Source: Synechococcus sp. AG-673-A03 (GTDB lineage: Bacteria > Cyanobacteriota > Cyanobacteriia > PCC-6307 > Cyanobiaceae). Taken from it: a stretch of 24,000 nucleotides of DNA. Below, in pieces: positions 1 through 6,744 of this stretch. The notes under the pieces were generated by a model, which searched no databases, was not told the DNA's origin, and was given only the letters and a program-made list of their open reading frames with translations. Numbering within the stretch: the stretch's first letter is position 1; every line of letters starts with the position of its first letter. The position numbers and the translations under genes are program-made. The stretch is from the NCBI GenBank assembly GCA_003211275.1, contig QCTE01000003.1, positions 20,861 to 44,860 of the forward strand. Direction: 5' to 3'.

Positions 1-54
1 GAATGAGTTGAGCCATTTCCAAGCTCTTTAAACTTAGAGAAGACAGCATCAAAA

Positions 55-366
55 GTGAATCAAATCAATCAATATCAGAAACATACGAACCTTGTTACGC
101 GAGAAAGCACCATTTCTCATGCACATCATCAGCTTCAGCGGCTTCAATACTGCAGAGCCTCGCGGTTACATATGGATCAATCACGTCCAAAAACACCTGC
201 AACGTGGGTGCTACCTGTTTCAATCGCCTTCACGGGTCTATGCATCTTCGGAGCAGGCTTGGTGATCCACGAACCTTTGGAAAAAATTGCTACCCGTCAA
301 AGTCACACCATCATCATCAAACAGGCAATGACTGAGCCTCTGGTCATCGAACCAAGCAGACCATGA
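55..366 (+). CDS. hypothetical small membrane protein (may start at the internal Met, MDQSRPK...)
   Basis: ORF track. One hydrophobic helix (WVLPVSIAFTGLCIFGAGLVI). No recognisable family. Confidence 0.3.
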   Translation: MNQINQYQKHTNLVTRESTISHAHHQLQRLQYCRASRLHMDQSRPKTPATWVLPVSIAFTGLCIFGAGLVIHEPLEKIATRQSHTIIIKQAMTEPLVIEPSRP

Positions 367-722
367 TCAGCGATTGAGTCTCTGTCATCGACAAGGCTGA
401 AACTCAATACGACAGAACGGCCCGTTCCCTCGAGAGCCACTGATCCAATGCGCTGTTCGCCGCCTGAGGTTTCGCAGAACACAGTATAAATACTCATTAC
501 CATTCATAATTGCTGCCATCCACCCGTTTAACGCACAGACGATCTGACGATGATTGCGTTTCTAGCCTTGTTCTGGGTATTCCTGCTCGCGGTTTATTTC
601 CGCTTCCGGGATGATGAAATGAATCCAGACAGCTGATGCTGATCGCCGTAGCCCTGCTACTGCTTCTCTCTTTCTGCTTGTCAGACGTTGAGAGATAACG
701 AACAGGTGCACCTCTTGTTCAC

Positions 723-757
723 AAAAAAAGGGCTCCATCACTATGCCAAGGAGACCC
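723..757 (-). terminator. possible intrinsic terminator on the minus strand
   Basis: Read on the minus strand: GGGTCTCC-13 nt loop-GGAGCCC followed directly by TTTTTTT (plus-strand A-run 723-729). The stem is 7 bp with one bulged base. The loop is longer than typical. Confidence 0.35.
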
Positions 758-869
758 AAGGCATGATGTTTTGGAACCGGGGGAGCTCTAATGAAACAAA
801 GCTGAAAACAACGAAAACTGCATGAATCCAACGCGGTCATCAGAATGAACAACAGAGCTTTATCAATTC

Positions 870-1172
870 ATGGCGAAGGGCTACTGGCTGGCAACAGGCA
901 CCATCAACGATCCCAGAGGCTTCATGGTGTACGCCGCCGCCGCCGAACCCTATCTCCAGAAATGTGGGGCAAAAATGTTTATCCGAGATGCGCACACTGA
1001 CGTCAGGGAAGGAAACCCTGGCCATCTCACTGTTCTGATTGAATTTCCGAGCGTTGAAGCAGCGAAAGCCGCCTATGAGGCACCTGAATATCAGGACATG
1101 ATTCGCCTAAGAACGAATAACAGCGAAGCCTGTTTCAGCATTCTTGAGGAAGGAGACAAGCTCGCACATTGA
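870..1172 (+). CDS. DUF1330-family protein (dimeric alpha/beta-barrel type)
   Basis: 100 aa. MAKGYWLATGTINDP...VLIEFPSVEAAKAAYEAPEYQDMIRLR matches my recollection of DUF1330 proteins in size and pattern. Confidence 0.75.
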   Translation: MAKGYWLATGTINDPRGFMVYAAAAEPYLQKCGAKMFIRDAHTDVREGNPGHLTVLIEFPSVEAAKAAYEAPEYQDMIRLRTNNSEACFSILEEGDKLAH

Positions 1173-1290
1173 ATTTGACTAAGAATCAGAGACGTGAACG
1201 CAAGAAGTCAACCACGAATCCAAGAAGGTCATTTCACCATGCATGATGATACAAGTGATGCAGACTGATCAAGAACTTCATGCCATTTTG

Positions 1291-1380
1291 TAGACCTAAT
1301 CGTGGTCTCGACAGGATGCGATTGGTCGTCTAGGAAACAGCCGACATTGTGCTCCTCTGCAGTGTCGGACTAGACGGCGA
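1291..1380 (+). ncRNA. candidate structured RNA element, copy A (core three-stem fold; homology to copy B extends to about 1239-1395)
   Basis: P1 is 1296-1302/1319-1325, P2 is 1326-1333/1370-1377, and the P3 hairpin is 1341-1350/1359-1368. The same architecture occurs at 3181-3266, with compensatory changes in P3. Several G-U pairs exist only when read on the + strand. Confidence 0.5.
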
Positions 1381-1430
1381 GATTGGATTACGACACTGCG
1401 AAGGGACTCATTCGAGCCTCCCAACAACCT

Positions 1431-1628
1431 TTAGCTCTGATGAATCTTGGTATTCATCCATTCAATAATATCCTGCTCTAACCACACCACTGTCCGTGAA
1501 CCAATTTGAATCTGCTTTGGAAAACTACCTTTTTCCATGTGAGTATAAATAAACGTTTTGCCAACACCGGTCATCTCAATCACCTGCGAAAGCCTAAGGA
1601 ATCGTGGTGCACCACTGTCATTGGCCAA
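1431..1628 (-). CDS. AlpA-family helix-turn-helix protein (phage/island regulator or excisionase type)
   Basis: 65 aa. RFLRLSQVIEMTGVGKTFIYTHMEKGSFPKQIQIGSRTVVWLEQDIIEWM is the characteristic AlpA/HTH_17 pattern. Confidence 0.85.
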   Translation of the reverse strand: MANDSGAPRFLRLSQVIEMTGVGKTFIYTHMEKGSFPKQIQIGSRTVVWLEQDIIEWMNTKIHQS

Positions 1629-1669
1629 GGCGAAGGATATTCGATATGGACATGGAACAACTCAAGAGC

Positions 1670-1915
1670 TCAGGATTTGATTACATCATGGCTTGGATGA
1701 GCATGCCCACCACGTGCAACAGCCCTACCTTGGCCTTGATGAGAATGCGCAATACCAAGCTTATGCAGCCTTGAATGCTCTTCAATCTGATCTGTCAGCT
1801 GCACAGAGCCCGCACCAAATGCGGTGTAAATCCCATACAAGAGCGTTCCTAAGACCAAAACGGCCAGAGAACCAATCATTAAATATGCGGAAAGATCTTG
1901 ATTTGCAAGCTCCAT
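1670..1915 (-). CDS. hypothetical single-pass membrane protein with His-rich C-terminus (ORF extends to 2026; Met at 1915 preferred)
   Basis: ORF track. TM helix LMIGSLAVLVLGTLLYGIYTAFGAG, then HSRLHKLGIAHSHQGQG...GGHAHPSHD. It lies directly upstream of, and co-oriented with, the AlpA-type gene. Confidence 0.45.
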   Translation of the reverse strand: MELANQDLSAYLMIGSLAVLVLGTLLYGIYTAFGAGSVQLTDQIEEHSRLHKLGIAHSHQGQGRAVARGGHAHPSHDVIKS

Positions 1916-2627
1916 GAATTCCCTGTCATTTAAACTTAATTTTGCCCGCGCAAAAAACCCGTGCTGTAACGATTGCTTCGCCAAACATTTACAATTGGCA
2001 TCAATACAGCCATTAAAGATTAACACTCACTCGTCAATTCCTTATGCCCATATCGGACGAATGCAACCAACAGCAAGACAACGCGATGCAGATCTACGTG
2101 AGCAAATGCGCAGTAAAAACATGCAAAAGTATGACTTCGTTGCGGCCGCCAGGATTCTCTTTCAAAAAAAATAATCAACAGTCGCTCGTGAGGCTTTAGC
2201 GGCGAACTTCTAAGAACTTCCACGAACTCCAAAACCTTGACTACAAGCCAAAAGCGGCGAAAGGGCTTTCATGGTGAAGGAGCCGAGTAGTGCATAGTCA
2301 ATTTCTTGGCTTTTGACCACAGCGGATCAAGCCATGCAGCGCCGAGATCATGGCCATGAGCTGGCGCGACTCGCCAGTCCGGCAGGCCAGGCATGGCCCA
2401 GTCAAAAACGCGACAACGAACGCTCAATGGACCATTGGCATCACCCATTGCTCAGCGAAGGAACCAACAGCTGATGGCGTGACCTCTGAATGATCAAACA
2501 ACTCTCCACAACCGGGCATTCGCACCGTGACTAACTACCGTGGCTAGCTGTACGATGAAGTTGCTTAACCGCGTTTTAACCTTCCAAGCACGATTGAGTG
2601 ACAAGCCACTGAAAGCAGGTGAAATAG

Positions 2628-2774
2628 ATGAACCCAGACAAACAGCACCGCAAACTTGTGAGGCTCAAACTGAAAGCAGAAGAGTGCTTAACGAGGGAGC
2701 AAGCTCAAAAAATCATTCGTAAAGCGGATAAAGCTCATAGAAAGCTCTCTGAGGGCCAGAACAAGGCTGCTTAA
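2628..2774 (+). CDS. hypothetical 48-aa basic helical protein (below the ORF-track size cut-off)
   Basis: Hand translation: MNPDKQHRKLVRLKLKAEECLTREQAQKIIRKADKAHRKLSEGQNKAA, with ATG start and TAA stop. The composition is protein-like. It competes with the overlapping listed ORFs 2540..2722(+) and 2688..2948(-). Confidence 0.3.
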   Translation: MNPDKQHRKLVRLKLKAEECLTREQAQKIIRKADKAHRKLSEGQNKAA

Positions 2775-2820
2775 CGGCATCAAGGACAACCTCATTTCTG
2801 AGACCTTCGAACCGGTAGAG

Positions 2821-3084
2821 ATGCGGGTCGACAGATGGGTTGATTGTGGTGACGATCGGTTGAACTGCCACCGTCTCTGGTCCATGGACGAAACCACACT
2901 GGCAATGGAGGAGCATTGGCCCGTTGAGGAGCAGCTCAAACGAGTCAATCAAGCCGTTGATCAGATCGAGCAGATCCTTGATGACCTTGTTCAGGACACG
3001 GCATGTTCCAATCATGCGATTCGCGATCTGCTGAGCACACTGTCAGAAGACTGGTCTGACAGCCAGCAACTGGAAGCCTGTTGA
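2821..3084 (+). CDS. hypothetical acidic protein (possibly starting at the internal MDETTLAMEE)
   Basis: ORF track. The acidic helical segment EEQLKRVNQAVDQIEQILDDLVQD looks more protein-like than the two overlapping minus-strand ORFs. No recognisable family. Confidence 0.35.
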   Translation: MRVDRWVDCGDDRLNCHRLWSMDETTLAMEEHWPVEEQLKRVNQAVDQIEQILDDLVQDTACSNHAIRDLLSTLSEDWSDSQQLEAC

Positions 3085-3180
3085 TCGAGACCATGTTGCA
3101 CAAATTCAAGGCTGGTGGCTCAATTCATTGCTGTTCATGCAGCATGTGATGCCGGGAGCTGAGGCCAACTGATGCCAGGT

Positions 3181-3266
3181 TGTCAATCCAATCGTCGACA
3201 GGTTCGATTGGTCGTCTAACTGCGACTCCGATGCTTCCACTCAGTGCAAGCATCGGACTAGGCGAA
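3181..3266 (+). ncRNA. candidate structured RNA element, copy B (core fold; homology to copy A extends to about 3134-3280)
   Basis: P1 is 3188-3194/3205-3211 (7 perfect bp), P2 is 3212-3218/3259-3265, and the P3 hairpin is 3228-3236/3248-3256. It shares the identical strings tcgacagg and cgattggtcgtcta with copy A. Confidence 0.5.
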
Positions 3267-3433
3267 ACCATACACTCGCTGAATCCGTAGCGGAGGCTGG
3301 CTTGAAACCCAGTCATGACAAGACATCGGCAGGTCAGCAGAGGAGTAATACCTAATCCTTGTAAGTGCGTGTGTTTACTCTTTCCTTGGACGTCGAACCA
3401 GGGTTAGACCAGAGGAAGAACAAACGTACTTCC

Positions 3434-3757
3434 ATGCCGACCTATCCTCCCTTGGGGCCGCCCCGCTCAAACCTCATTGATGCAGCTTCGTCTTTTCTGT
3501 CGATCCGACCTGGTCAGTTTGTCATCGTCAGGGAGCTGACTCCAGCCAGTGAAAGAGTTGATATCGAAAGAAACTGGTGGCTTGGACAGGTTATTTTTTG
3601 CGAGGGATGGGAGAAACATTCAAGGCAGAACTCGCTTTTTCAGGTCGCAGACGTTGATGACGGAGCCATTCGCTGGGTTCATCCGACCCAGGTGACCCAC
3701 GTTCTGCACGGACTGGACGGGATTGGGCAGGAAGGCTGGGATGGATTCGAGGATTAA
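3434..3757 (+). CDS. DUF3104-like cyanobacterial protein (alternative GTG start at 3365)
   Basis: GQFVIVRE...NWWLGQVIFCEG...SLFQVADVDDGAIRWVHPTQVTHVL resembles my recollection of the cyanobacteria-restricted DUF3104 family. The family assignment is unverified. Confidence 0.6.
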   Translation: MPTYPPLGPPRSNLIDAASSFLSIRPGQFVIVRELTPASERVDIERNWWLGQVIFCEGWEKHSRQNSLFQVADVDDGAIRWVHPTQVTHVLHGLDGIGQEGWDGFED

Positions 3758-3781
3758 TTGATTCTCAGCAGCCGCAGTCAG

Positions 3782-3807
3782 AAAAAAAGGAGGCCTTCGC
3801 GGCCTCC
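3782..3807 (-). terminator. intrinsic terminator on the minus strand
   Basis: Read on the minus strand: GGAGGCC-gcgaa-GGCCTCC followed immediately by TTTTTTT. The stem is 7 G/C-rich bp with a 5-nt loop. There is no U-tract in the + direction. Confidence 0.7.
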
Positions 3808-4105
3808 GTCTACCTATCACCAAAGGAGAAGTGCTCGACGCCTCTCCTGCATTCAGTATGTGTATCGCAAAAAACATGTGCCTGAGATCACATACTCATT
3901 GCCGAAGGGCAGCGTGGTCTGGTAATGGAGTAGTAAAACCATCATGCCCAGTGGGAGGGGATAAAGAGTCAGCCCGATTGAAGCCTCCTGGACTGATTCG
4001 GTTGGAGTCTCAAAGGGGAATGAGCTTGAAAACGATCATGCAAGCCTGAGATGGTGAGAGGCTGAAAAGATTGCAAAGCTTGGGGCTTGCTCGTGTGCCG
4101 CGACA

Positions 4106-4740
4106 ATGCCTAGCCAGCCGACACAACAAGCAACAAGAAAAATTCTGGAGTCCAGCGGCACGCTGATCGAGAACGATCACTTTGTCTATGCATCAGGAGA
4201 CCATGGATCTGGATGGATCGCGAAGGATCTCATTAATTTGCAGCCTGAATTGGCTTATGAAATAGGACAATTGCTCGGACAAGAAATACGTCATCACGAC
4301 TTACAGCCTGATGTTGTCTGTGGGTCTGCAATAGGCGGGGTCATTTGCGCTCAATACACCGCACTGGCACTCGGCAGCCACTGTATCTTCACTGAACGCG
4401 TCATCAATGAAGAAGGCAAAACCACAAACTTTGAAATCAAGCATAGTTACGCAGAAGTCGTCAGAAATCAATCAGTTCTGACAGTCGACGACATGATCAA
4501 TACAGGCTTTTCAGTGCGACTCACGTACCAAGCCGTAGAACAAGCAGGTGGCAAACCCCTTGGGATTCCCGCTTTGTGAACCGGGGCAATGTTGAAGCTC
4601 AAGAGCTTGGGGTAAAAAATTTTATTTATCTCGATGAAATCAGTCTTCCAGCCTGGCCGGAAGAAGCCTGCCCGCTTTGCGGAGATGCCATGCCAGTCAA
4701 TGTTCAGTACGCCCATGGAGCAGAATTTAGCAAGCGATAA
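4106..4740 (+). pseudogene. orotate phosphoribosyltransferase-like (type I PRTase) gene interrupted by a frameshift near 4572-4577
   Basis: Frame 1 (4106-4579) carries the PRPP-binding loop VLTVDDMINTGFSV and ends GGKPLGIPAL*. The adjacent frame continues (F)VNRGNVEAQELGVKNFIYLDEISLPAWPEEACPLCGDAMPVNVQYAHGAEFSKR* to 4740. That is the expected C-terminal part of this family (..ALVNRG.. and a CPLC motif). Confidence 0.75.
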
Positions 4741-4786
4741 GAAAATGCTTATATTTAAAAAAACTTGAACTTTAATCGCCGTACAT

Positions 4787-4990
4787 TCAGACAGTTTTTG
4801 GCTGATCAACAAGAGCTGCAGAGAATTCCTGAAAAGCAGCAGCAGCATCTACCGGGCTTGAATTATATTTTAATTCCCATTGCTCAACCAGAGCACGCAT
4901 GTCCTGCCACATGTCGACCATGGCGATTGGATTGAATTCGGAGGGCTGAGAAGAAGAATTGGACATAGATGAACAGTAGGCACCAGACAC
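4787..4990 (-). CDS. hypothetical small protein
   Basis: ORF track. AAGGAGG lies directly upstream of the GTG start. No recognisable family. Confidence 0.4.
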   Translation of the reverse strand: MSGAYCSSMSNSSSQPSEFNPIAMVDMWQDMRALVEQWELKYNSSPVDAAAAFQEFSAALVDQPKTV

Positions 4991-5002
4991 CTCCTTCTAA
5001 TT

Positions 5003-5025
5003 GATCAGCAGCGACACTGCTGATC
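5003..5025. promoter_or_regulatory. perfect 9-bp inverted repeat (gatcagcag-cgaca-ctgctgatc) in a divergent intergenic region
   Basis: The arms 5003-5011 and 5017-5025 are exact reverse complements. It sits between the divergent ORFs 4787..4990(-) and 5119..5355(+). Confidence 0.4.
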
Positions 5026-5118
5026 CGCGATCGACGTCAGCAAGAATCAGCGATCTCAGATCAAGTCAGCTGCGCGCCAAGAAAAGAGGCATGATCAAGA
5101 GAAATTCCGCCCTAATTC

Positions 5119-5355
5119 ATGTCGCGAGCAACGCAACTCTTCAAAAAACTCGACAAATTGCTGAGCAAGCACGACACGTTTGGGGACAGCCCGGAAGCAT
5201 TTGTCGATGAAATGCTTGAGAAGCTTGATAATGAAATCAAGGCGATCCATGACAAAAACAAGCCAGAGCACTGGGCTGCGATCTATGTGGAGCGAGACCG
5301 CGCCCGCATCAAAACAGCTGTGCTCAACAAAGTGATGGACCGCAGCTCGGGTTGA
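5119..5355 (+). CDS. hypothetical small helical protein
   Basis: ORF track, 78 aa. The charged helical composition is protein-like. No recognisable family. Confidence 0.45.
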   Translation: MSRATQLFKKLDKLLSKHDTFGDSPEAFVDEMLEKLDNEIKAIHDKNKPEHWAAIYVERDRARIKTAVLNKVMDRSSG

Positions 5356-5373
5356 AACCAGACGAGCCAGGTC

Positions 5374-5622
5374 TCATCCAACCTCTGCCCTCCTGGCATC
5401 GATGATCCGGGCCAGTTCCAGCATGTATCCAGCAGTGCACCAGCGACCATGGCTACGAGCACGGTTTTCGACGTCTGAACGGATTTCTGCGGTTTCTGCC
5501 ATCAGCAGATCTAATTCACTCTGCGGAAGTTCATAGAGCTCTTGAAGCTCCACCTCACGGCCCAACAGATGACTGCGAAACCATTTGCGCACCTGTTCCT
5601 GAAGCGGGATCTCCTGTGACAT
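5374..5622 (-). CDS. hypothetical small protein
   Basis: ORF track, 82 aa, convergent with 5119..5355. No recognisable family. Confidence 0.45.
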   Translation of the reverse strand: MSQEIPLQEQVRKWFRSHLLGREVELQELYELPQSELDLLMAETAEIRSDVENRARSHGRWCTAGYMLELARIIDARRAEVG

Positions 5623-6220
5623 GCAACCGAAGCAGCAACGACCAGTCTGACCGCTGAATCCATATTCAGGACTCAGCTTGCATGCTTCAAAACCTTGCCC
5701 ATTGAACCAGAGCTCGGTTTATTGAGGCAGATGCGCACATTTGATGACTCGCGTTCTCAAAGACAATTGGCTGTCGCTTGCCATTGCAGCACTGTCCCTC
5801 AGCGGGCTGCTTTGGCTTGAGCTCATCGCTGTATAGGCCTAGCCCACTTCCACTCACCGCTGACATAGGACACAATCGACCATGACTGAGAGGGCTGTAT
5901 GTGGGTCGCATTGCTTTTAGCAGGACCAATCACACCGCCGATGCCAGCATTGGGCAGGCCAAACCCCATACCCAAACAACAACCAAGCCTGCAAGTAGAG
6001 ACCTTTCAATTAAAAATTGATCAACAGAGATTCGATTGCTCAGCCGGGGCCTTAGACACAGGCAATAAAGCTCCTCACGCATACAGTCCTTCGAACAATC
6101 GCTTTGAAAGCGAGCTACAAATTCATGGCGCTCGCTGCAAAACCCGCTTCTAAAAGGGGTGTCTGAATGACGAAAATCTGCAAAAAGCAATCGACTGAAT
6201 ACAATCAAACCAATACAAAA

Positions 6221-6412
6221 TCAGAGTGGCTCATCCGGCCCTGGTAGAGGTTTTCTGTTCTTCCTTTGAGGCAACAAAGATTTCAAAGAACCAATCATGT
6301 CATTGGTCCTAGAAACGAAGATAAAACTGCCTAGAAAGAATACTGTTACAATCAGAAAAACAGTCGTAGTCAGCGCATCAAGTTCAAGATTTCCAATCAC
6401 CAAACCAATCAT
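6221..6412 (-). CDS. hypothetical small membrane protein (ORF extends to a TTG at 6436; ATG at 6412 preferred)
   Basis: MIGLVIGNLELDALTTTVFLIVTVFFLGSFIFV has hydrophobic helices followed by a basic tail. Confidence 0.4.
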   Translation of the reverse strand: MIGLVIGNLELDALTTTVFLIVTVFFLGSFIFVSRTNDMIGSLKSLLPQRKNRKPLPGPDEPL

Positions 6413-6744
6413 GCTTTGCGGGCCGAAACAACTCAATATTGTGGTGCATTAACAGTAGCCTCCGCCGCTGCGTTGAGGCAACAACGCAACAAACACCGCT
6501 CCTTGCCTGCGAGCAAAAGCAACAGCGCTGAATGCGATTGCATCAAGACATTGAAATCAAGCCGAAGAGATCAAAACGGCGAGAAAGCGAGTCGCCGGGC
6601 GCGATCGGTGAGTCAGCCCACGCATGAACACGGCTTCTTGTGGGCCGACCAGTGAACCTGCAGGAGAACTGGATGTGGTCGGATGACTAGCCATTACCGT
6701 AGACCTGGCTTAAAACACATTTCAAAGAACACCCAAAACTCACG

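Noticed and set aside
562-1025. Listed minus ORFs 562..852 and 840..1025.
   Set aside because: 562..852 contains an internal terminator-like hairpin plus T-run and has an odd composition. 840..1025 is antisense to the well-supported DUF1330 gene.
1333-1339. GGAAACA in the junction of copy A. I vaguely associate this heptamer with the cyanobacterial Yfr2 sRNA family.
   Set aside because: It is not conserved in copy B, which reads actgcgact at that position. My recollection of the Yfr2 consensus is not reliable enough. This needs an Rfam scan.
1506-1700. The + strand ORF antisense to the AlpA-type gene.
   Set aside because: It overlaps a gene with a clear family signature, and its translation is not protein-like.
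3201-3209. ggttcgatt in copy B resembles a tRNA T-loop (GGTTCGATT). This raised the idea that the repeated elements are tRNA or tmRNA 3' fragments, the classic island att sites.
   Set aside because: The flanks do not form a 5-bp T-stem or an acceptor stem. Copy A reads ggatgcgatt at this position. Neither copy resembles the tRNA-Gly at 17888-17958.
1291-3266. Integron attC-like sites flanking small cassettes.
   Set aside because: There are no RYYYAAC/GTTRRRY core sites at the element ends. The ORFs are on mixed strands. No intI-type integrase is present.
3620-3877. Minus ORF of 85 aa.
   Set aside because: It is translated through the strong terminator hairpin and T-run, it overlaps the DUF3104-like gene antisense, and it is rich in Arg/Pro.
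3951-3975. gggaggggataaagag resembles the GGGAUAAAAG segment of ykkC-type (guanidine/PRPP) riboswitches, and it lies upstream of a PRTase-like gene.
   Set aside because: The other conserved ykkC blocks, as I recall them (CUAGGGUUCCG and GGUCCGAGAG), are absent. The similarity is too short to be meaningful.
3831-4049. The + ORF of 72 aa with AAGGAG upstream.
   Set aside because: The spacing from SD to GTG is only about 2 nt. The product is basic and Cys-rich, with no recognisable pattern. I kept it only as an alternative explanation in the 3782-4105 finding.
5687-6208. Two minus-strand ORFs (5930..6208 and 5687..5929) are in the same frame and separated by a single TGA. This suggested readthrough, selenocysteine or a recent nonsense mutation.
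   Set aside because: The combined translation is Cys/Arg-rich and not protein-like. The second part begins with TTG. The other frames contain only fragments, for example a 30-aa hydrophobic peptide at 5744-5836(+). Same-frame adjacency has a one-in-three chance. I treat the region as decayed or non-coding.
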